Sequence record: MW812339.1
Strand: one strand, 5' to 3'
DNA: 64,000 nt
Shown here: positions 33,389 to 42,380 of the stretch, piece by piece
Position numbering within the stretch: the stretch's first letter is position 1
How the letters are laid out: the number at the start of each line of letters is the position of its first letter
Program-made: the position numbers and the translations under genes
Notes under the pieces: generated by a model
What the model was told of the DNA's origin: nothing
The model's database searches: none
Seen by the model: only the letters and a program-made list of their open reading frames with translations

Positions 33389-34420
33389 TTATCCTCTGAA
33401 ACCCGACAGGAACGCATTCGCGTCCGTGCGGTGGTCTTCTTTAACGGGTGCGACTGAAGGTTCATCCTTAATCGCGCGCTCAACCAGATTCCCTTTAGCT
33501 CTTTTCCAAGTAACCAGTTCTGGGTTGCGCTTTAGGGTCATGGTACGTAATACCTGCGTGCAACGTAGAATATTGCCGTAGAGGTGATTAGCCGCTTCGT
33601 TACAGGCACCCGTTTCAATGAACACGGTGTCGCTATGGCGAGCAGCATACTCGAACAGTGCACCAATCAAACGACGACCGATACCTTTGCGTTGGTGTTG
33701 GGCTTTAACCACGACACCACTCAGTATCACCACGCCTTTCTCTTGTAGACGAATTTGCGCTACGCCAACGATTTCTTTCCCTTCACGCCACACGACGGTT
33801 TCATTACCTGCAAACGGAATGCGATTTACGACCAAGTCTGCAATCGGTGCTGTGTAGGTATAATGTCCCCGCACATCCAATTCCAGTTCTTCGTAAACCC
33901 CCACACCGACTAACGAACGCACGTCTTCCTTATCAGTCTTCGACAGTTCATGCCACGCATCCCCCGAGATAGACTTAATCTCCGTAGCGGTAATCACACC
34001 ATCAAACAAACGAGAAGGTGCCGTCCAGACAAAATCAGAAAGCACGAAGCCGCGTTGTAGCAACTTCTCCTCTGTATCCGGTGTCGGTGCAGGACATGAC
34101 ATGTATTCAAAGCCGGTGTGGTCGAGAACCAAAGCCATACCGACGGTGTCTAACGCGTTCGGAACGAACTCTTCAAAATAGTGGCAGGATAACGTAGGGT
34201 CACCGTGTTGATAAGTGGCCACTAAATAACCTTCCCATTTGGCTTGCAGTCCGTAGATAACGTAAACTGAATATTGCTCGTCCTTGAGAAAACCCATCAA
34301 GCGCTTAGCACGTGGGGTAGAGATACCGACCTGTTCAGCGAACTGAGCGGTGCGGATATCAGCGCGAAATAACCTGCCCACTGTTTTCATTGTAATACCC
34401 TCAAAAGGTGTTGCTGTCAC
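33389..34420 (-). CDS. Tandem GNAT acetyltransferase
   Basis: 343 aa; C-terminal domain has acetyl-CoA motif 'VVVKAQHQRKGIGRRLI' and 'NEAANHLY'; N-terminal domain degenerate ('KLLQRGF'). Confidence 0.8.
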   Translation of the reverse strand: MTATPFEGITMKTVGRLFRADIRTAQFAEQVGISTPRAKRLMGFLKDEQYSVYVIYGLQAKWEGYLVATYQHGDPTLSCHYFEEFVPNALDTVGMALVLDHTGFEYMSCPAPTPDTEEKLLQRGFVLSDFVWTAPSRLFDGVITATEIKSISGDAWHELSKTDKEDVRSLVGVGVYEELELDVRGHYTYTAPIADLVVNRIPFAGNETVVWREGKEIVGVAQIRLQEKGVVILSGVVVKAQHQRKGIGRRLIGALFEYAARHSDTVFIETGACNEAANHLYGNILRCTQVLRTMTLKRNPELVTWKRAKGNLVERAIKDEPSVAPVKEDHRTDANAFLSGFRG

Positions 34421-34447
34421 ATCATGAGCATAAATTGTAAAAAGGCA

Positions 34448-34476
34448 AAAAAAGTAAGGGGGCGAAAAGCCCCCTT
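34448..34476 (-). terminator. Intrinsic terminator
   Basis: AAGGGGGC/GCCCCCTT stem, U tract on minus strand. Confidence 0.8.
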
Positions 34477-34489
34477 ATACACATCACGA

Positions 34490-35155
34490 TTAGCGAACTA
34501 ATGCAGCATCAAGATTGAAGCTGACGTCGCCAACCGGCCCGCGAGCGCCATTGTGGGCGTAGCGGTTATAAGCCTGTGCAAACTTATTGAGGTGGGTCAG
34601 AACTTCCGGATCATCAACGCCGCCCATCACGACGCGACCTGCGTCACCCAGCAGGAAATACCCAGGCTTGCCATCATCAGTAAAACTGACGTCCATGGCA
34701 ACTGGTTGTACAGAAACGTTGTTCGGCAGGATACTTTCCACCAGACCCGCCAGACCGAGGAGAAGCTGAGATTCTTTTTCTTTCCCTTCCAGGAACAGAC
34801 GAAGTGCAGCAACGGCAATCATCGGATAGACGTTGATTTTGCTGTTTTCGCTACGTGCCACACCAACGACTTTGTCCTTGACGAACACAGCGAACGTCCA
34901 CAGGTGTTCACCGCGATACGCCGCAAACTTAACCCACGGGGCAGGGGTGACCGTAAACACTTCGGCACCGGCTTCGATAAGGAAGTCTTGCTCGACTTTA
35001 ATGCGCGCGATGCGTGCTTCGAATTTCGCTTTCAGTTCTTCTGGTGATGCTTCGGGTGCTGGTACATTCATAGTTTGTTTATCTGCAGGTGCTGCAGCCT
35101 TCTGTTGAGTGGAAGTACGTTTAGTAGTGACACGTGTGCCAGGTGCTTTTGCCAT
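34490..35155 (-). CDS. Hypothetical protein
   Basis: 221 aa; TAAGGAG RBS; low-complexity basic N-terminus. Confidence 0.8.
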   Translation of the reverse strand: MAKAPGTRVTTKRTSTQQKAAAPADKQTMNVPAPEASPEELKAKFEARIARIKVEQDFLIEAGAEVFTVTPAPWVKFAAYRGEHLWTFAVFVKDKVVGVARSENSKINVYPMIAVAALRLFLEGKEKESQLLLGLAGLVESILPNNVSVQPVAMDVSFTDDGKPGYFLLGDAGRVVMGGVDDPEVLTHLNKFAQAYNRYAHNGARGPVGDVSFNLDAALVR

Positions 35156-35182
35156 GATAATACTCCTTACGGATTTACAGGG

Positions 35183-35566
35183 TTAATATTCCGCGTCTTC
35201 CGGAAACTCGCGTGCATACGCCAGTTTGTCATTTTCGACACGGTTAAGATGTGTAGGTAATGAGATGCAGTTGTTGCAAATGCACAACGCTTCGTCGCCT
35301 TGTTGGTGATCAAAGTCGTACCATTTCCACTCCGTGGTGTCACGTTGCGGGAAGGCACCTTTACAGTCACTGCAAATAACTTCAGTGCCTGCGATTTCAG
35401 CTTGCAGTTTTTCCCAGCAGGAAACGCACATGTAGTACGTCTCACGGCCTAGGAGGTCGCACTCCGCTGTATAGCGTGGTGCCACTTCACCGACTTTCAA
35501 ATGTTTGCAACGGTCGTCATCTTCTTTAATAACGCGTTTGGTGATGCCATTAACAAACCAATTCAT
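35183..35566 (-). CDS. Cys-rich (zinc-finger-like) protein
   Basis: 127 aa; CKH, CVSC, CSDC, CICNNC. Confidence 0.7.
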   Translation of the reverse strand: MNWFVNGITKRVIKEDDDRCKHLKVGEVAPRYTAECDLLGRETYYMCVSCWEKLQAEIAGTEVICSDCKGAFPQRDTTEWKWYDFDHQQGDEALCICNNCISLPTHLNRVENDKLAYAREFPEDAEY

Positions 35567-36022
35567 TTATACGACCTCCGCATCGGTTGCAACGAAGATA
35601 ATTTGGTTGAGGTTGTCGTAGTTCAACAACGTAACCCCCTGAATGACTGGAATCTCCGCATCGCTTGCACGGTTCACAGCCGCGGCAGCATAACGCTTAT
35701 TACCTTCCCAGTCCCACGCCAAAGATACTTCGTTGTAACCGTGGCTTTGGTACGCGTCATTCAGTTTAATAGCATCAATGTCATCGTCCGGATTGACACG
35801 TGGGAATACCGTGTAGTGGTATTCGACGAGTTCCGGCGTGTCTTCATTGAACTGCAGTTTCTCGGCGATGAAGAAATCGTTGGTGCGTAGTTTGCCCTTG
35901 ACGATTTCTCCAATAGCGTAGGGTAATCCGCCGTAGTCTTTCATGAAGTCAACTAGCTTCATTTCTCCCCGTACGTGACCTAATTCCGTAACGGAGACAT
36001 TTTCAGAGATAAGATGAATCAT
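35567..36022 (-). CDS. Hypothetical protein
   Basis: 151 aa; AGGAG RBS. Confidence 0.75.
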   Translation of the reverse strand: MIHLISENVSVTELGHVRGEMKLVDFMKDYGGLPYAIGEIVKGKLRTNDFFIAEKLQFNEDTPELVEYHYTVFPRVNPDDDIDAIKLNDAYQSHGYNEVSLAWDWEGNKRYAAAAVNRASDAEIPVIQGVTLLNYDNLNQIIFVATDAEVV

Positions 36023-36030
36023 ACCGACTC

Positions 36031-36402
36031 CTAGTGCAGTACGTTAGAACTACGACGTTGTACAGTGAACAGACCGCGAGTTTCATGCTGACGGATTGGA
36101 CAGTCTTTCATGTACTCGACTGCTGCTTCGATACGGAACGCATGTTTGCATTTGCCGTTGCGAGAACTGTATTCAACTACGTAGGCCAGACGCAGGGTAT
36201 CCGCTACACGCATTAAGGTTTCGATAGTCACCGCGTGCTCACGTTCGTTCTTGATGGCAGATATCTGGGAAGCCGAGCACCCCACCAACTGCGCGATTTC
36301 TTTTTGGGTTACGTCAATCTCTGTGATTCTTTTAATGATAAAGGAGAGACGTACCAGGAATGCTTTCTTTGCCAACACAACTGCTGAATGTTTAAAACGC
36401 AT
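36031..36402 (-). CDS. XRE-family helix-turn-helix protein
   Basis: Start moved to MRFKHS; 'VTQKEIAQLVGCSASQISAIKN...VTIETLMRVADTL'. Confidence 0.85.
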   Translation of the reverse strand: MRFKHSAVVLAKKAFLVRLSFIIKRITEIDVTQKEIAQLVGCSASQISAIKNEREHAVTIETLMRVADTLRLAYVVEYSSRNGKCKHAFRIEAAVEYMKDCPIRQHETRGLFTVQRRSSNVLH

Positions 36403-36460
36403 GATAATACTCCTTGAGATTAATAGTCGAATAAGCATTTCGATGTGAATGCTCATGTAG

Positions 36461-36478
36461 GTAATATCTATCTGAAAA
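36461..36478 (-). promoter_or_regulatory. Putative early promoter
   Basis: Minus strand TTTTCAGATAGATATTAC. Confidence 0.6.
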
Positions 36479-36506
36479 CATTTTGCATAGGACTTGGTCG
36501 AAGTGT

Positions 36507-36542
36507 AAAAAAGAGAAGCCCCCTTACCCGAAGGTAAGGGGG
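36507..36542 (-). terminator. Intrinsic terminator
   Basis: CCCCCTTACC-TTCG-GGTAAGGGGG on minus strand. Confidence 0.85.
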
Positions 36543-36547
36543 TACTG

Positions 36548-37171
36548 CTAACCGGCCAGGATACGTTCCACGATCCGGGCAGCAGTCAATGCAACGTCGT
36601 CGTCTGACACAACGTTCATCAGTGGGAACTTCTCACCACCTTCGGTGATGATTTGATGGGCGAAACGGTAAGAGTCCCGTAAAGCCTCCCAGGAGCGATT
36701 GTCGCGCAGATACTTCGCGGTCAATACTTCGTCATCCCAGTTCTTCCCTTGTGCTTCTACGCGCTTCCTGAAGCGTTCTGTGGCCGTTTCAAAGTCTACA
36801 TCCATGGCCACGTACAATTGTGGTGCGTTAGGATGGTCGGCTACTTTAGAACGGAACACTTCGCCTTTCCCTTCTACGCCCTGATAGACAATGGTCGACA
36901 GGCAGAAGCGGTCAAAGATAACCACGTCGTATTCCGGTACCACATTCTCAAGCGTGTGTAAGAAGTCTTCGCACATTGCTTTTGCGATACGTTCATGCGA
37001 CGCGTGCTGAACAACGAGCGACCTTGCCCGTACGCCAGCTTCTGTGGTGTTCGTTGGGTGGTTAACCACCACGGCGTTGATCCCCGCAGCTCGCAGCATG
37101 GCACACACCAGTTTAGCCAATGTGCTTTTACCTGCGAAGTCCGGAGCGTCGAACGACACCGATTTTAACAT
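36548..37171 (-). CDS. tmk: Thymidylate (dTMP) kinase
   Basis: 207 aa; P-loop DAPDFAGKST, 'VVIFDRFCLSTIVYQG'. Confidence 0.9.
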   Translation of the reverse strand: MLKSVSFDAPDFAGKSTLAKLVCAMLRAAGINAVVVNHPTNTTEAGVRARSLVVQHASHERIAKAMCEDFLHTLENVVPEYDVVIFDRFCLSTIVYQGVEGKGEVFRSKVADHPNAPQLYVAMDVDFETATERFRKRVEAQGKNWDDEVLTAKYLRDNRSWEALRDSYRFAHQIITEGGEKFPLMNVVSDDDVALTAARIVERILAG

Positions 37172-37230
37172 GATAATTCCCCAAGTGATTGATAGAGACG
37201 GTTGTTCACACTATAGCCACTTGACGTAAA

Positions 37231-37271
37231 CAAAATAAATAGGGTGCACCCACCCCCGAAGGAGTGGGTTA
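37231..37271 (-). terminator. Intrinsic terminator
   Basis: ACCCAC.CC-TTCG-GG.GTGGGT on minus strand with downstream U-rich tract. Confidence 0.65.
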
Positions 37272-37275
37272 CCGC

Positions 37276-37875
37276 TTACTGATGGTCGACGGTAGGTTCC
37301 GACCATTCAGGTACTTCTGGTAATTTGATTTCACCGGCATAAGCGCTGGGGACAGCCAGCGTAGCCATGCCTCGACATGCCAGGTAGTGCTGCATACGTG
37401 CAGCCTGATTTGGCGTATCGGTAATCACCAGATGCGTTTTGCGCATGAGCGCTAACACTGCTTGACCTTCTTGCGGCGACGGTGAACGGGCGTTCTTACT
37501 GATAACACTCGTCAACCAATCCCGCGCGAGACCCACGACGTTACAAGTGGCTTCACGCAGATCGACAACACCTTCCCCTTCCCCGACTACCTGTTTAGTG
37601 GAATTCGGATAGAAACGGAATGGTGACCGTCGACGTTTGCGACGCACTTCTGAGATAGCCCGGCCCAGAATCATTTGTGCGTGCTTAACACTGCACCCTT
37701 CTCCTGGTCTTCGCATCGCGGTTACCAGACAGGCAATTTCAAGCACCTTGCTAATCTGGTAACGACGCTTGAAGCCGTGACGACTGATGTCAACGTGCTC
37801 CGGGAGTTTGCCGTTTTTGTTGATGTGGGCAACGGTAATCAAAAACAGCGAATCGAGAATCATCTCAGACATCAC
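37276..37875 (-). CDS. Hypothetical protein
   Basis: 199-aa ORF. Confidence 0.75.
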   Translation of the reverse strand: MMSEMILDSLFLITVAHINKNGKLPEHVDISRHGFKRRYQISKVLEIACLVTAMRRPGEGCSVKHAQMILGRAISEVRRKRRRSPFRFYPNSTKQVVGEGEGVVDLREATCNVVGLARDWLTSVISKNARSPSPQEGQAVLALMRKTHLVITDTPNQAARMQHYLACRGMATLAVPSAYAGEIKLPEVPEWSEPTVDHQ

Positions 37876-37884
37876 AGTTTCCCC

Positions 37885-38256
37885 TTAGAACCCCGCAACC
37901 ACAGCAGCCATAAAGTCGTGAACGTCTTTACGGTGCTCTGCCAACGGGTAGCCAAACTTAGAAAAGTCACTTGCCCAACGTGCCGAATAGACATCGCCGT
38001 CGTGACTGAAAAATGAGCGGAGCACCAAGAAGTAATCAGCACTCACCCGAAAGTTCAGCGTACAGCAACCGTGTTTGGCACGAATGGTCAGTTGAATACG
38101 CTTTACACCTTCACCCAAATACTGGGAATCTACAACGACGTTCAACACACCCGGAACACGCCGGATTGCCGTTGCTACATCTTCTAAATCCCCGTTCTTC
38201 TCTACAACATCAGCAGCGAGGGCTGCGGTGAACTTTTGAAGTTCTCGATAGAACAT
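37885..38256 (-). CDS. Hypothetical protein
   Basis: 123-aa ORF. Confidence 0.7.
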   Translation of the reverse strand: MFYRELQKFTAALAADVVEKNGDLEDVATAIRRVPGVLNVVVDSQYLGEGVKRIQLTIRAKHGCCTLNFRVSADYFLVLRSFFSHDGDVYSARWASDFSKFGYPLAEHRKDVHDFMAAVVAGF

Positions 38257-38810
38257 CCTTCCAGTCTCCTGTCCCTACCGTACGGCAAGGGATGTTTATA
38301 ATGCCAATCATCCTCCACAGGACTGACCCGGACATAACGACCGTAGAACAGAAGATACTTATAAAAGGTCGCTATTGAGACATCCTTTCTCACCGTTAAG
38401 TAATAGTTCAACTCAGGCGAGTCTGGGAACTCCACATAGATACCTGTATAGCGGTCACCGCGATACTCCCCATTGATTGGCGTCACTTTGTATTCCATAT
38501 CGACACCATCTACCTGGAAAGCATGTTGTCCCGTCCAGTATATCCCACGACCGGTTGCATCTCGCGTCTTGCTGCCTTCACGGCACGCAATCCCATCCAT
38601 AAAACTAGCCCGCTGGCTAGAGTCTGCAGCCTTCAAAAACTGCATAATCTGTTCTACCGACAAATATTTCAACGTGTCAGGAGGCAGATGCCAAAAGGTG
38701 CCCGCAACACGCACCACTTTCCAACCTGGACGATGTCTCAGGCCAAACCGCTTTACACCAAAAGTATAACGCGAGCCAGTCGAGTGTGGCACGCTGCGAA
38801 CACTAACCAT
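38202..38810 (-). CDS. Hypothetical protein
   Basis: 202 aa; 3' end overlaps next gene by 55 nt. Confidence 0.65.
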   Translation of the reverse strand: MVSVRSVPHSTGSRYTFGVKRFGLRHRPGWKVVRVAGTFWHLPPDTLKYLSVEQIMQFLKAADSSQRASFMDGIACREGSKTRDATGRGIYWTGQHAFQVDGVDMEYKVTPINGEYRGDRYTGIYVEFPDSPELNYYLTVRKDVSIATFYKYLLFYGRYVRVSPVEDDWHYKHPLPYGRDRRLEGCSIENFKSSPQPSLLML

Positions 38811-38811
38811 G

Positions 38812-39276
38812 TTAAAGCTCCTTCACCATGTCGTGATATTCGGTTCGAAAACCGAAGCGTTCGTAAAACGCAAGTGCCCTGTCGTTGTTCCCCAGGACGG
38901 TAAGCTGCATCCATGCACAGCCCTTCGACTTGCCGTAAGTCTCTACGGCCGAAATCAGTTCTTTGCCCACCCCTTGAGAGCGGACGTCTTCCTCAACGAA
39001 GAAGTTATATACCCAGAGGAAGCGCTGACCCTTTTTGGTATAGCCAAAGGTAATGAAGCCCACAGCCACGCCGCGGTCATCAATGGCACAAGCACACATC
39101 GTCCCTTCATTCCAGATTTCCTCTAACTTCGAAATGTTCGCAAAACCTTCACGACCATTCAGATCCGCCAGTTTGGATTTCTGGTCATCGTAAAGTTTGT
39201 TGTGTAGGGCCAATAAGTCGGTGTAGTATTTCTTACCGTAGGGTGAGTCGGGTTTCGTTACAAAGACAATTTTCAT
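38812..39276 (-). CDS. GNAT acetyltransferase
   Basis: 154 aa; 'FFVEEDVRSQGVGKELI', 'NDRALAFYERFGF'. Confidence 0.9.
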   Translation of the reverse strand: MKIVFVTKPDSPYGKKYYTDLLALHNKLYDDQKSKLADLNGREGFANISKLEEIWNEGTMCACAIDDRGVAVGFITFGYTKKGQRFLWVYNFFVEEDVRSQGVGKELISAVETYGKSKGCAWMQLTVLGNNDRALAFYERFGFRTEYHDMVKEL

Positions 39277-39277
39277 G

Positions 39278-40408
39278 TCAGTGTACCTCCGCCAACGACT
39301 GCTTTATCCACTCCATCAACCCTTCGGCCACACGCACCAGTGCGGTGGTAAAAGCATCTTCCATCGCCAGCGCGTTACGGTAGCGCTGAGTCACCACGCG
39401 AAGCTCTTTCCCTTCCAGGTCTTTTAATTCACCCTTCATGGTTTCGACTTCAGCATAGATCCCCGTATAACCGAATACCCGGCTTTTCGTTCCCCGGTCA
39501 CGGATGGATTTGATTAACGCGTCAACAGCTTCAATGGCTTTACCGCACTGATGCATGTCCAACGATTTAATCGTCTCACCGTATTGACCTTCGCGGGCGA
39601 TAGCCCAACCCACCTTACCACTGTGGTGCGTAACCACAATGATATTTCCTGGGATAGGGTACGCTTCAATTTTCTTGAAGGGGTCAACAATCCCCATCAG
39701 ACCCGCCGCACGTTTAACTGCCCAGCTGGTCGAGCGACCAATCTGCTTCATGCCAGGACCGTCGGTGAATTGACTCTTCTTCAGCGCGGTACGAGTATAA
39801 ACCGTATACTTCTGCACCACACCTTCATAAGCTTGTGTTTGCTTAGAGAACGTCAGGCAGGCCTCGAAGTCAACCTTATCCTCGTAACAAACTTTAGACG
39901 TCCAGCTACTAGTGTGTACGTCTACCGCGTCCATTGTCTTGTTATCATCTAACAGCGACATACGCTTTTTCAGTTTGTCGAGTTTACGTTCCATGAATGC
40001 AGCTTTCGAAGTTGCATCCTTTAATCGGTCAGCCTGTTCTTTGGCTAACTCTTCTGCGAAGTCGTAGAAACGACCAGCCAACTTCTTAGACAGATTAACA
40101 GTTCCACGCCCTGCCGCAGCAGCGCCTTTACCTGCCAATTTACCGACACCTTTCACGCCTTTCGCAACCAAACGACCCGCGGCGCGATGTACGCCAGCGG
40201 TTGGATCGGTATCAGTCATGAACTGTGCCTGCTCCATCATTTCCCGCGATTCGGTCGCAACCAACAGCCCATCGTCGTCAGTTAAACCCCAACGTTGACT
40301 GATGGCGCAAACCGCAGGAAAGTCGGGCTTGACCCCAAGGGCCTCTAATGCGACTAGTCTGTCGTAATCGTCGCACAAGATTTCAAAATCAAGATCAAGC
40401 GTCGACAT
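39278..40408 (-). CDS. Inner head/virion protein with propeptide (processed-head-protein family)
   Basis: Start moved to MSTLDLD; acidic leader with A-x-E sites (VALE, VATE); paralog of 40419..41408. Confidence 0.65.
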   Translation of the reverse strand: MSTLDLDFEILCDDYDRLVALEALGVKPDFPAVCAISQRWGLTDDDGLLVATESREMMEQAQFMTDTDPTAGVHRAAGRLVAKGVKGVGKLAGKGAAAAGRGTVNLSKKLAGRFYDFAEELAKEQADRLKDATSKAAFMERKLDKLKKRMSLLDDNKTMDAVDVHTSSWTSKVCYEDKVDFEACLTFSKQTQAYEGVVQKYTVYTRTALKKSQFTDGPGMKQIGRSTSWAVKRAAGLMGIVDPFKKIEAYPIPGNIIVVTHHSGKVGWAIAREGQYGETIKSLDMHQCGKAIEAVDALIKSIRDRGTKSRVFGYTGIYAEVETMKGELKDLEGKELRVVTQRYRNALAMEDAFTTALVRVAEGLMEWIKQSLAEVH

Positions 40409-40418
40409 CTGTGACTCC

Positions 40419-41408
40419 TTAACTGTTGGCTTTAAGTGAGGCACCAACCCAGTTGATTAAACCATCAGCAACGCGAGCGAGTGCGGTAGTAAACGCGTCT
40501 TCGAGCTGAACGGCATTCTTGAATCGTCTGGTGGCAACTCGCAATTCGTCCCCGCCCATCTTCTTCATTTCGCCTTTCATTTTCTCAAGCTCAGTGTATA
40601 TACCGCTGTAGCCCAAGGCACCGTTCTTGGCCGCACGCTTTTCCAGACTCTTAATGATAGTCCGAACTGCTTTGAGGGCTTGGGTGCACTGTGCTTTGTT
40701 GAGAGAAACGATTTCGCTCTTATAGTCACCGCCATGCGCGACTGCGAATTCGACTTTGGCTTTATCGCCTTCACCGCGAGTAACAACGATAACATTACCG
40801 GCCAGTGGTCTGGCTTCAACGTCGTCCTCACCGAAGCGACCCAGAATACCCGAGGCACGGTGAATCGCCGCGTTAGAACTGTAGCTGATTTTCTTCAGCT
40901 CACCGTTTTCCATCTTGCGACGGTCAACAACAGGCGATGTTACGATTTGTCGTGTAACGACAGTGTACTGTTTCACCACCGCATCGATTGCATCGGCGCT
41001 ATTTGCCAGTTTTAAACACTGCGGCAAATCAGGGACGTCTTCAAAACAGACCTTAGACGTCCAACTACCCGATTTGGCTTCTTTAGCGTCGAGCGTAGCC
41101 TGTTTTGCCAACCAGCTTTCCATCTGGTCACAATGCTTTTCTAGCTGGGCGGTTTCATCACTGAGTTTCTTCAACGCCTCACCATAGCGGGTGCCGAAGT
41201 AACCAGCCAGGTCGTTATACATCTGGCTCAGCAAAGAGGAGGTGGTGCGGCTTTTGTCGCGCGCTTCGTGGGCCACACCAACATCTAAACACCAACGCTT
41301 TCGGATGGCTTGAATGGCTGGGTTGGTAATGGGCGCACCCATTGACTCCAACGCAACCAAACGATCCATATCCTCTTCGAGGGTGATGTAATCTAATTCA
41401 AGAGACAT
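40419..41408 (-). CDS. Inner head/virion protein with propeptide
   Basis: 329 aa; VALES, VAHE; shares TSSWTSKVC/SGSWTSKVC and EDAFTTAL.RVA.GL..W with neighbour. Confidence 0.65.
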   Translation of the reverse strand: MSLELDYITLEEDMDRLVALESMGAPITNPAIQAIRKRWCLDVGVAHEARDKSRTTSSLLSQMYNDLAGYFGTRYGEALKKLSDETAQLEKHCDQMESWLAKQATLDAKEAKSGSWTSKVCFEDVPDLPQCLKLANSADAIDAVVKQYTVVTRQIVTSPVVDRRKMENGELKKISYSSNAAIHRASGILGRFGEDDVEARPLAGNVIVVTRGEGDKAKVEFAVAHGGDYKSEIVSLNKAQCTQALKAVRTIIKSLEKRAAKNGALGYSGIYTELEKMKGEMKKMGGDELRVATRRFKNAVQLEDAFTTALARVADGLINWVGASLKANS

Positions 41409-41417
41409 ACAGACCTC

Positions 41418-41684
41418 TTACACCTGCGATAGCAGATAATAGAAATTACGATTCGGCCAACGAACACACATGGCAAAGACTTCACCAGTCTCTGGGTCGA
41501 CGTATACGGTGGGCTTTGGATTGTTTTCATCCAGAGGAACGCGAGCTTCGTAGCCATGGCGGTTCAAATAATCGAAGAACTCTTCTTCAGTTCCAGGGTA
41601 AGAACGGAACATGGTCAGTTTCTTCGACGGTTCCGGGGGAAAGAAAGCTTCCCACAAACGACGTGCTAATCCAGTAGTTTGCAT
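41418..41684 (-). CDS. Hypothetical protein
   Basis: 88-aa ORF with GAGG RBS. Confidence 0.6.
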   Translation of the reverse strand: MQTTGLARRLWEAFFPPEPSKKLTMFRSYPGTEEEFFDYLNRHGYEARVPLDENNPKPTVYVDPETGEVFAMCVRWPNRNFYYLLSQV

Positions 41685-41713
41685 AGCTACGGCCTCTCTT
41701 TAATGCGGTCCGG

Positions 41714-42310
41714 TCATAATAAACGCAGGCTCTCAAGCCACGCTGCACCGTCCAACGCATGATGATAACAGGGTATACCGCATTGCTTGGCGTACTTCAC
41801 ACCCATCGCGGTACCCCCAGTGGGTTCGCCGTGTTTATTTAGTGGCGCTGAATAATAGACAGCATCCACTGGGTCGTCTAAGTCGTCGCCCATAATTATA
41901 TTCAAATTGCGTCCATGAAGCGCCCAGGCGAACTCCTGAAGCTTTTCTGGGTACGGGTGAAGCTTACCTACTATCTCTCGATAACGCTCGTCCTGGGGGA
42001 TTACACGGAACTCTACGGTGGGGTGCTGCTTCGCCAGCCAGAGCTTTTTATCGTCGGGTAAATAGCAGATGAACTTATCAGTAAGGATTAATTTTTCCCC
42101 GGTGTCCTGGTCGTACGTATTGGCCCACTGTCGTGCAAACTGGAACTGCAACTGGTCAGGTCCTTTCCAACAACCCCCTGACGTGTAACGAAACTCGTAG
42201 CCCCGACAACGCAGTGCATTAAAGCCACGGAGTAACAACATATACATCTCTTGCATGGTCTCTTTATCGGTCTCACGTGAGCCGATAACGGCTATCTTGT
42301 ATTGTTTCAT
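41714..42310 (-). CDS. SLOG-superfamily (DprA/Smf/YspA-like) nucleotide-binding protein
   Basis: Start moved to MKQYKIAVIGSR; 'TSGGCWKGPD', 'HGRN', 'GGTAMGVKYAKQCGIP'. Confidence 0.75.
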   Translation of the reverse strand: MKQYKIAVIGSRETDKETMQEMYMLLLRGFNALRCRGYEFRYTSGGCWKGPDQLQFQFARQWANTYDQDTGEKLILTDKFICYLPDDKKLWLAKQHPTVEFRVIPQDERYREIVGKLHPYPEKLQEFAWALHGRNLNIIMGDDLDDPVDAVYYSAPLNKHGEPTGGTAMGVKYAKQCGIPCYHHALDGAAWLESLRLL

Positions 42311-42344
42311 GGCAGTCCTCCTATATACTTGCACGCAAACGCAA

Positions 42345-42376
42345 AAAATAAGAGAAACCCTGCCCGAAGGCAGGGT
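42345..42376 (-). terminator. Intrinsic terminator
   Basis: ACCCTGCC-TTCG-GGCAGGGT on minus strand with U tract. Confidence 0.85.
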
Positions 42377-42380
42377 GATG

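Noticed and set aside
36031-36402. XRE HTH as a lysogeny repressor/prophage marker
   Set aside because: No integrase, no divergent cro/cI layout and no host genes; the context is a lytic jumbo-phage core
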